A stretch of 64,000 bases of DNA from Octopus sinensis (lineage: Eukaryota). The stretch is taken from assembly GCF_006345805.1 (NCBI RefSeq), contig NC_042998.1:175398001-175462000 (forward strand), written 5' to 3'. The translations under genes and the position numbers were made by a program. This document shows positions 37,301 through 48,800 of this stretch, in pieces. The first letter of the stretch is position 1. Each line of letters begins with the position of its first letter. A model generated the notes under the pieces. It did no database searches. It worked only from the letters and a program-made list of their open reading frames with translations, and was not told the origin of the DNA.

Positions 37301-39835
37301 TAGTTTGATTTATAGTTCATTTATAGGTACAGACATGGCTGTATGGTTAAGAAGCTCACTTGTCAACCATGTGGTTTTCAGATCAGTCTCACTGTGCAGT
37401 GGCTTAGGCATGTGTCTTCTGGTTTAGTCCCAGACCAGGGAATTTGGTAGCTGTAAAGAGAAGGAAGCTGGTCATGTGTATTTGTGTGTGTGTGTGTGTA
37501 TATATCATTGTCATCATCGCCATTTAATGTCTGTTTTCCATGCTGGCAGCTTGATGAGATACAAGCTGCAGGGCTATACCAAGCTCTGGTTTTAGCTTTG
37601 ACATGGTTTCTATGGTTAGATGCCCTTCCTAATGCCAACCATTTAACAGTGAGTACTGGGTACACTTTTTTGTGAGGTTGCTAAGTAATTTGCAAGACTG
37701 AAAAAGAGAACAGGGAAAAACGAAAAAGCTCTCGCTACTAGGTAAAGGGGTATATTCAAACATGTCTGGTTAGTTCACTGTCATCAGTTCACTGTAGGGT
37801 CTCCACTACTTTTGTATTTTTTCAATAAAAGACTTTTAACTATTAATGGTGAGATACTATATATTTTCTTTGTGAACGTTCTTCACGCCGAACACTCTTC
37901 ACGCCGAACACTCTTCATGCCGAACGCTCTTCACACTGAACTTCCTTCACAGTGAATTAATGGTGGTGAACTCTCCTGCGATGAACTGATGGTTGTGAAC
38001 TTACTTGTAATAATATTCAAGGTGGGAGGAGGTGACTTTATATCAAGGCTAAGTATGATGGAGGGGTAAGCATAGATGTCTTGCTACAGGGGTACCACAC
38101 ATTGTACAGAAGTAGATAGGAGTAGTTTGGAGTATATATATATACACACACACACACACACAAAGGCTAACAAGCCAAATCTTCAAAGTCACTGTCAACT
38201 TTTTCCTTATAAAAGTTTAATAAACATGTACTTTACTAAAAATATTCAGTTTAATGTTAAAATGTTTCTAATTTATATATTTATGTATGTATGTAAGTAT
38301 GTATATGCATGTTTACAGTTTACCCTAATTTTTGGCTATAAGCTGTGACATTATTGTTTGAAGCCAAACTACAAATGGTGATGTCAATGTTTGTGGTTGG
38401 GCTATGGCTGGCACCTTTATTGACATTTCCTATCAACAATCACCCTAGATCTGCACTTTCAAATTCCTCTGGAGCAAAAAAAAAATCTCTTACTTGAAAA
38501 ACAGGTAAGAGTTGATGATGGGTTGAGCATTCAGTTATGAAATCCTGTGTTAAATAATTATTGAAGCCATACTATCATGTGGAAGGCGCATGGATGTGGA
38601 AGGCGCATGGCTCAGTGGTTAGAGCGTCGAGCTTACGATCGTGAGGTTGTGAGCTCGAATCCCGGACCGGGCTGCGTGTTGTGTTCTTGAGCAAGACACT
38701 TTATTTCACGTTACTCCAGTTCACTCAGCTGTAGAAATGAGTTGCGACGTCACAGGTGCCAAGTTGTATCGACCTTTGTCTTTCCCTTGGATAACACTGG
38801 TGGCGTGGAGAGGGGAGGCCGGTATGCATGGGCGACTACTGGTCTTCCATAAAAACAACCTTGCCCAGACTTGTGCCTCAGAGGGTAACTCTCTAGGTGC
38901 AAACCCATGGTCACTCATGACCGAAGGGGGTCTTTACCCCTTTTACTATCATGAAAATTAGATATTAAACAAATGTACATATGAAGAATTACACAAGTGT
39001 GAAATAGGGCCAAGCACAAAAGAAAGTTTATATTTTTACTTCACTACTCAGAATATCTGTCAATGGATGATTTGTTCTCGTGTACTAAGGGAGAAGTAAA
39101 GAAATGCCTGCAAATGATTATTAAACATCTATAAGACAGCCAGCTTTTGAGGCAGTGGGTCCAAGGATAGTCTTGTTATAATTGTGCTACTCTAAATTTA
39201 TGAGAGATTTTTAATGGCTAAATGAACCCTCATATGACAGAACACTAATTTCCCTTCAATATAATGTTAAAACTAAAGAAATATCATTATTGTGTACTAT
39301 TAAAAGGAGTTGTATCCTGACAAATCTTGTGAAATTGTCACCTTGCTGACGTATTAGAATGTTTCTCTAAATCTGTGTTTGTGTTGAAGTAATTGGACAT
39401 TCTGTATTATAAGATCAATAAATTGAATTTCCCCTGTTGAAATTTAATTTTGGTATTTCTCTGTTTAATCAAAATATTTCATTTCAGGACTGAAAATTAA
39501 AAAAAAATATATAAAATAATCTTTTGATATTTCTAATTTCTTTTCAGTTTGTTACATAAATTTTTATATTGAAATTGTATTGCCCCTACACTAATCTCCA
39601 CACTATTTGCTATTTTCAGCCCTCTGAACATAAAGATATTATTATACACATGGCTAAAATGGTGGACAATATTACTATACCTATGGCTCGAGCAAGTATA
39701 CTTTGGTTAATTGGAGAATATAGTGAAAGAGTTCCAAAAATTGCTCCAGATGTTCTTCGTAAAATGGCGAAGGGATTTACTGGAGAGGTAATTAGCTTTC
39801 ATATCTTTTCTGTATCTATTTTCTCATCTAGTCAA

Positions 39836-39866
<31 letters not shown>

Positions 39867-42800
39867 TATATAAAAACATACACACATCATCATCATCATC
39901 ATTTAACGTCCGTTTTCCATGCTAGCATGGGTTGGACGGTTCGACCGGGGTCTGGGAAGCCAGGAGGCTGCACCAGGCTCCAGTCTGATCTGGCAGTGTT
40001 TCTACAGCTGGATGCCCTTCCTAACACCAACCACTCTGTGAGTGTAGTGGGTGCTTTTTACGTGCCACCGGCACAGGTGCCAGGGGAGTCTGGCAGCGGC
40101 CACACATATACATATTGTAAACAAAAGTCTAAAATAACAGCAAAAAGAAAAGTTTGTTTTCTATTTTCTATGACACCCCCAACTCTAAACAAAAGAAAAA
40201 CAATTCACTTCAGTTTGCAATGATATAGGACTCACAAAACACCCATTCATAAAATGCCTGCTCCTACAAAACAGCTTACTCCATCACTTAGAGAACAGTT
40301 CTGTATTCTCAAAATATATCTCAAATTTGAAGATAAAGGGAAAAAAAAACCTAAGCATTTTAGGGACTGCCCTGGACAATAGCCTCAGCATTATGAATAA
40401 GTGAAAGTGCTGTAACTTCTGTCCTGAAGAAAAGCTCCATATCATTCTGTCACATCATAACACCATCTTGTAGGATGATATGGGTGAGTGGCCAGTTGGT
40501 ACAACTGCATACTAAATACATATATAGTAGGCTTTCACTTATGTTTTTAAATTTTAAAACTCAAGAATTTGTTTTTGTCTATTGACTGTGTGGATATTCT
40601 CAAGTAATCAGATTTTCATGTCACTATAATTTTTAAGTGAGATTGTCCCATATGTGTATTTAGTATGCAGAACATTCTGTTGTGTTTTTCCATCAATCAT
40701 GCTATTATTTTTATATTCAGTTATATTCTAGATTGACTTCATACTTTTGGCTGTCAGTTTTTGATTCAGATTTCTGCTATTTAAGTTGATATCTACATGC
40801 TCATGTATATTTGTATATGCAAACATACTCATATAAATACAATAACATGTACACAGTTTTATTGGACTACATATTTAACCCTTTCTCTTTGCAGGAAGAT
40901 ATTGTGAAATTGCAAATACTTAACTTAGCAGCCAAGATGTGCATTACCAACCCTAAACAAACCAAATTGTTATGCCAATATGTCCTCAATTTAGCTAAAT
41001 ATGATCAGAATTATGACATTCGTGATCGATCTCGGTTTCTACGACAATTAGTCTTACCAACTGGGGAGAAGCCTGGTTTCCTTTCCAAATATATAAAGAA
41101 AATCTTTCTTTCCACAAAACCTGCTCCAGTATTAGAATCTAAATTCAAAGGTATATGATTTTTATTCCTTTTTTTTTAACCTTTTCTTTGGGTTGGAGAA
41201 TAAGAATTCATGATTGAGCCCCACTTTTACTGAAATTGTCGTTTAGCTCCAACTTGAGCCTGATTGAACAAAGCTCTAACTAAAGGCATTCCCTCTTTGG
41301 TAAGAGTTACTGTTAAGGATCATTGGGAAAATAGAATCTGTTTGAATCATTAAAATAAATATGTAGAACTGATGCTTATATTTTAAGAAATATATTTGAA
41401 TCATTATTGAAATATGTATAACTAATCCTACTACATTAAGAACTTGATCAGTATTTAGAACAAACTAGTTTAGGTGGATTTTCTCATAATACTGGACTGG
41501 ATTATTCCTGTGTCTGTTGTATGTGTTGGAAAACCTCAGGGCTACAACAAACCACAGGTTTGCTAATTGAATTTCTCTTTGCTAATCAAACCGCTGATGT
41601 GGTCATTTTTCACACTTATATTTAGTCTTCAATATCATATATTATTGTCATTATTATCATTCAGCATCTATTTTCCATGCCGGCATGGGTTGGATAGTTT
41701 GACAAGAGCTAGCAAACCAGAGAACAAAGGACTATTGCTAGGTGCTATTTTTGTGGCACCAGCATTGGTGGGGTCACCAAGTAACTTGCAAGACAAAGAT
41801 CCCCCAACTGGAATGGGGAGTAGTATTGAAGGAGGTGGCTTTGTGCCAGTTGATGAGAGGTTAAAAAGAATAATAGAAGGATAGTGGTTGGTATCTTGCT
41901 GTAGAAGAGATTCAAGGATACCTAGTTGGAAAAAAAAAGAAAGATAGAAAGGGAGGGATTGAGAGAGAGATGATGTGTATCAAAGTTTTCAATTAATATA
42001 TTATTTATTTTTTTGTATCAAGACAATTAGAATTTTTTTTGGTTGTGAGTAGAATTTATTTAAAAAATAGTCAAGTTAAATGTGATGTTAAAATGAGTAA
42101 GAAAATCTACTAATTTCATTAAGAGACAGCAATGTTTCAAAATTGTTAATTTCTTTTTTTTTTTTTTCATTCCTTATTTTCTTGGTTTGTCAAGATTTTT
42201 GGTGATAATAAAATATAATGGAAAAAAGTGGGAAGCTCTAAATAAACTCTTCTCTGTCTTTTGTTAAGTTTCTAATGTGTTTCAATTTCTAGATCGGGAC
42301 CAATATCAGTTAGGAACTTTATCTCATTTACTGAATACAAAAGCTCATGGCTACCAAGAACTTCCAGATTTCCCTGAATCAGCCCCAGATCCAACAGTAA
42401 GAAATGTTGAGGTTCCTTTACCCTGGTCAGATTTGACTCGTAAGAAAACTGGGAAAAATAAGACAATAACTTCAGAACACTTTTATTCTGATGAAGAAAG
42501 CAGTGAAGATGGTAAATTCATTTAAACTTTCAATCATTTATTTTTTGTTTACATATGAATGTTTCTTATAAACTTGTATTTTAGATCACTTTTAAGATGG
42601 TGGGGTATAATTTAAGTGAGATTTAGCAGTCATTTCTTACAGGTTGAAGAATGATATAGAGGCTTCTTTATTAGTTATTAGTGTAATCCAAAGGAAAAAA
42701 CTGTAATTAGATCTTGTTTAGCCTGCTTCTCCTTAATAACCACCAGCTTGTATGATGCCTCATAATTATAAAATTCATTAAGATGATCTAAATCTTCAAA

Positions 42801-45800
42801 TTAACCTTGCTTTGGAGATCAGTGGTAGCTTTTCACTTAATCACTGTGAACAATTAGGCTAGTAAAGAAATGTTGTTCCTTCTTCATAGCAGATTGTATA
42901 TCAATCAAGTCACTTGCTTAAAATAGAGAACTGATTGAATGGATTAGGCAGGTATTGGAGTGTTGGATCAGAAGTCATCAGTTCAACTCCAGTATGGGTG
43001 TTTTTGTATTTCTAAAGCAGTACACTCAATTCTGCATTGTCTCAGTTCATCAAATGCTTTATTTCTTGAAGTTGTTGTTTAGCTCCAAGTTGGTCCTAAT
43101 TGAAAAGACAAAAGGTACTCTCTCAGCATAAGGTACTCAGAAAGGTGATGGAAAAAGAAGAATATCTTTGAGTCAGTGAGTTGGCAGAATCAATAGAGCA
43201 GAATCAATAGAGCAGTGACGTTCATTCCACCTCTTGACATTTTAAGTTCAAATTCTGCTGATTTTAACTTAGCCTTTTATCCATCCAAGGTTAGTAAAAT
43301 AAAGTATCAATCAATAGTATCAACTAACCCTACTTCCTTTACTGACCTTGTGCCTAAATCAAAAGCCTATAATTAAAATGAATATGTAAATCCAATCTCA
43401 CAATTGCCTCTTAAATTTATTTTAAAAGTTACATAAAGAGAAACAGCCACATGTGAAAATTTGGTATTTGGTTGTTCTTTTTAAATCTATTGTCTGTTTT
43501 CTTGTTTTCAGAGGAATCAAGTAAATCTAGCAATGAGAGCAGTGATGACGAGGATGATGATGAGGAGGACGAGGATAGTGAAGAGGAGAGCTCTAGTGAT
43601 GAATACTCTGAAGTATCTGGTGATAGTCATGCAGTAAATAATGCTGTTGCCAGCAGTGCAAATGATGATGGTGATGGAGATGATGATGAAGAGGATGAGG
43701 ATAGTACATCAGATGAATCTGAGGAGGAGAGTTCAACAGAATCCTCTTCTGATGAAAGTGTTAAACATGTAAAAAAGACGAAGAAGGTAAGAAGTCTTTT
43801 TGTAGAGGTTTCATAACTTGTCTTTTCCTTTTAGTCCGTGGCAGTTCTTAGTTCCTGCTATCATTTAGTATTAATCTTTAATCTATGTCTATACTGTTAA
43901 TCAGTAATCTCTGTTATCTAAAACCACACACATCTAAAACACTCAGGGTTTTTACATGCTTCACAATTTGTCATGATCTTTCCTAGCAAATTCTTATCTA
44001 TAGCATTGCTAAACTGCATAACAAAGTCTTCTCTGATCATCTGGCACTTTACAAAGTACAAGTGTGAGTTACAGAATTCATATATCTAAAATGTCGGTGC
44101 ATTTATTGGCCATGCCTGCTACTCTGTTGCTTTTCCCAAACACAAGCAAAGCTTGTCTTTACATTCCAGTTGTTCAGATTCTTTTATTTAAGGATTACCT
44201 AAATGTACATACATGTATTCTTATAAGGACAGAACCAAGAGAAATTAGTCAAGACATTAGAGAGACTGACTGGATAATGAAGTTTAAAAAGCAAAAAAGA
44301 TGGTCATGAGATATCTGGTTACAGAGATCAAATTTAGTAAAGTCCTCCAAAAAGAACATCTTCCCAATGGTATTCTGGCAGATTCTGCAATTTTAGAATT
44401 CATACTACTGACTTCCATGTCTAATTTGTTCTCATATTACCCATTTCCAGTAGATTTGTAAGGGTTATTCTACCTTACAGAATTCTTTGGTGGGAGAGTT
44501 CTTTCCTTTGTGTAATCTAGCTGAGTTGTATTATACACTCAGTCTATAACCCCTTTATCTGTTCTTTAATTCTTTGTTGTCTATACAGCTGATCTATAAT
44601 TTCTATGACGTTAGTTTTTAATACTTGTTGTCAGAGGTTTAGTCTTCAATTTATGTTGTTTATGTAATTGGTCTGTAATCAATGTTGTATATGCTGTCAG
44701 TTTTTAATCTTTGTTTATGAAATCAGTTTGAAATTTTAATCATCCTTTGTCATACAAAGAATGTTGCTGACTTTCTGTTGTATTTTTACCCAGTCAAAAC
44801 CCACTACAAATAATAAATCAGCAACTCCTGCTTCCAAAGACAATACAAACCTTCTTTTGGACCTTGATGACTGTGAGTATTAAGATCAAACTTGTTAAAG
44901 CATTTATATATTTGTTGAGGTATAGCTGAAAGAAAACTAAATGTACTGTCAATTTACTAAGAATGAAAGGGAATTGGTTGTAGCACAGTTCTGCCCATTG
45001 TGATGAAGAGTGACTGTTAACACTGTAGATTGATTGGTATTTGTACTTTTTTGTGTATGTGTGCATCTGTATACATGTATATGTATGTTATAGTCTTTAA
45101 CAAAGATGAGATAGTTTTGGACCAATTGTTTTTGATCATCCCACCACTAACCACACAACTGAAATGGGATAAGAAACTGTTAACCAACCAGTGTGTTGCA
45201 TGCTCAACTCTATGGTTCAGATCTTGTTCATATCAACTTGGTCTCCTCTTTTTAGTCCTGTATAAATAAAATAATTAGAACTGTGTATTGCAAGAATTTT
45301 CATACAAAACATCAGTCAAAATTGAGGTATAATATTATAGAAGTGTAAGAAAAAATTTGAAAGAGGCTAAATGTCTTGTTGATTTTTAGGTAGAGTGGGA
45401 ATCACATGTTTGAGGTTGCACTGTACTTGTGTAAATACATTAGATTGGTTATGTTTTGATTTGAAACCTCTCAGATTTTGGGCAAGTGAATAAAATGGAA
45501 AGAGGAACTATTGAAGTCAACTATCAAGAATATTTCTCCATAAAACCATCACTGTATGCTTGTCGTAATAATTTCAGATAATAAAAGAACCTCTCTATGG
45601 TTGCTTGATCTGCTAGCAGTAACAGCCAGATCTCCTTCAAACACAGATTGGATAATGTAATCAGGAGTGCGCTATTCATAAAAAAAAGAATGGGTTGTTA
45701 TCAGTTGAATGCATTTGATCTAAAATTTGCTTGACTTGGGGCCATCTTGAGACTAAACAATAACTCCAAATATTGTGAATTTGTAAGTGTGTTGGGTGAT

Positions 45801-48800
45801 TGATGACTGGAAAACACAGTGGAAAAAACTTCTTGTAATTGTTGAATTCTGTTTTCTGATACACCTATATTTCTATGATATGTGCAAGGCCTTCAAAGCA
45901 GGTGAGATTGATGCAGCTAATGCCTAACCTGAACATCTGAAATCAATTTCTGCAGGAAAAAACGTAGATGGGGGAGAGAATTGGAGATTTTGGTCTGCAA
46001 ATTTGCAAAAGAATGAACTTCACTGAAGGCAACTAAGGACTCAGATAGTAGTATTAAATTAGGGTGCCTGTTAACTCTGCAACCTATTAGGGTGACTATG
46101 TATTCAAATATCTTATAATCTTGGAGAGAAAAATGTCTTTAAAGCCAACTTCATCTCTTTTCTCCAATAGAATTGCTACATATTTTCTCTCTAGGTTCAG
46201 TCAAGTGAGTTTGCCCAAAATATTTGGTATGTTTGTTTGTTTGGATAGTAAATGATAAGAGGTTGTATGTGCATTTATGCATTGCAGAAATGTTGCATTC
46301 CTAAAAATCTTGCCATTACATGGAATTTCATAACACAAAAGTCAAAAGGAAATAGGTTTCATGCTCCAGAATTCCTGATTTTCAGGAATGCAATGTTTCT
46401 GTAAAGTGTGGGATACCTGTATAAAATTATTTACATATCAGGTTTAATTTCATTTTTCATCATTTTGAATTGATAAAATATGTATTTATAATATACTGAG
46501 ATTGATTCAGTTAATTATTTATCTTCTTCATGTCTAAATGTCTAAGATAAGTTGCTCTTAAACTCTTAACAGTTAATTCATAATGATTTATACAGTTCTA
46601 TATTTAAGAGATGTGGAATTATGTACATTATTTACATTTGACGGATATTTGTCCTCATCTTGTTTGTTGTTAACACATATATAATATATTATATATATAT
46701 ACCCTCCAGCCTTCATCAGGTGTCTTGATATACCCTCCAGCCTTCATCAGGTGTCTTGGGGAACTTTCAAACCTGTGTTCTCATTCCTAAGGCATTTTTC
46801 AAAAAATACCTTAGGAATGAGAAACCAGGTTCGAAATTTCCCTAAGACATCTGATGAAGGCTGGAGGGTGTATCAGCCAAAATGTGTTAACAACAAACAA
46901 GATGAGGACAAATATCCATCAAATGTAAATAATGTTCATAATGATTTGCTTTTAAATTTATGATTTTCTTAATTGTTAATCTCTTCTCTAGGATATATGT
47001 TTATAATATATCTATGTTTTGATTGCTTTAATCTTTGATCATCATCAGATGTCTTATTCCTGGATATAGAGCAGCTCACTGGATAAGACTATGACTAGTC
47101 TTAGGTCAAAATCTAAGTGTCGCATTCAAATCCAGCCTGAGACCATATATATATCCAACAAAAAGTTACATTATAGCACTTAGAAATCCAAGCAATCAAA
47201 ATGTAGTGTTGATATAATTATTGTAAATAGTTGCATTAGAGATTAATAGTCAAAATATTGAATTTTTATATAATTTTTCTAAATAAATATCCTTTTATGT
47301 AATCAAGACAATTATTTTTGCTATTCATGTTAATGTTAATGCTAATAATGTTAATGTCCTAAATATTTCAGTGACCCCACAAAACACAAATGCTGTGATG
47401 ACACCAGCTGCCAGACCTGTGCAAGACATCCTCACACCTATGATTGCTTCTTTGGATCTATATAGCACACCTGTTTCAGAAAATTCTCCTGCCAATTATG
47501 TTAGTAGAATCTTTTACTGTTTTACTTTGTCTTTCATCCTTCTGCTATTGGTGGCAGTTAAACTTCTACAATTGCTTCCCATGCCTATCCCAATAAAACT
47601 GCAGCATTGCACTAAATTTAGAAATTGTTATTATGAGTAGGTAATGAGAGATGGAGAGAATGAGAAAGAAATGTTTGTGTTTGTATATAGGCATATATAT
47701 CTTATAAGTGATCTTTTGGCAGTGTATGTTGATGGAAGATGTAAAAGTCTGCAAGAAAACTGATGACCTGGTGCTTTTAGGTTCTTTGTGATACTTGTGC
47801 CAGAGATGCACATGCAATCTCTTGTCACGGTTACCATCCTAAATGCAATGATCCAGTGATTGGCACATTGGAAACATGTAACCAACAATGTTGCTGTTCA
47901 TTAAAAGTGATAAAAAAAAGATAGTGATCTTTTAATGTCTGTATATTTCACTTTGAAATCTACTTTTTTTAGTCAACGGACTGTAGCTATGCTGGGGTGC
48001 TACTTTGAGGGGTTTGGGAGAACAAATTGCCCCCACTACTTAATTTTAACTCTGGTACTTTTGCCAAACCTCTAAGTTATGGAGATGTAAACCAAGTTGT
48101 CATGCATTGATGGGGGACAAACACACACACACGCACACAAGTTTCTGCACAGTTTCCATCTACTAAATTCACTCCCTAGGCATTAATTGGGCTGGGACTA
48201 TAGTAGAAGATACTTGCCCAAGTTGCTCTGTATTGGGACTGAACTTGAAACCATTTGGTTGCAAAGCAAACTATGCTTGTGTGAGTACATATTCACAGAT
48301 CAATTTTATGTTTACAAAAAATAAATAAATAAAATAAGAGCATATGTGTCTTTGAGATAAAAGAAACCCAAAAATATTTATGCCATTATATTTATTCCAA
48401 CATCAATCTGGCAGAAGTTTAAGTAAAGAGAATTTTTCCATGCGTCTCAAAACCTGTGTTATGTTTTCCCTGCTAGAGCTATTTCAGTTTGTCCACAATA
48501 TTTCAAAGAAAGGCTCAAATGTTACAAACTCCTGACGACTATTTCACTTATATGTTAAATGAATTACTGTTTGTTTGTTTATTTTATCTATGGCTATATA
48601 TGTAGGAAGCATTATATCAACTTGCTTCCAAACAATGTTTTTTATCAGCCTGTTTATGGTTGTTCTCCATCTGTTTCTAATTTTCTGAAAAATCTTTTTC
48701 TTTTTTTTAGACACTAAATTTCCCAGTTGTCAATAACAAATCTTATGAACTATTAAATCGTATGACAGCAAAAGGTTTGTCAGTGAAGTACTGTTTCACC

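Noticed and set aside
37874-37956. CRISPR-like array
   Set aside because: Repeats are contiguous with no unique spacers, the context is a eukaryotic intron, and there are no cas genes.
38602-38672. tRNA gene (also considered at 4991-5062 and 33448-33515)
   Set aside because: Acceptor stems do not pair; the first two continue into SINE bodies bounded by TSDs and the third is highly degenerate.
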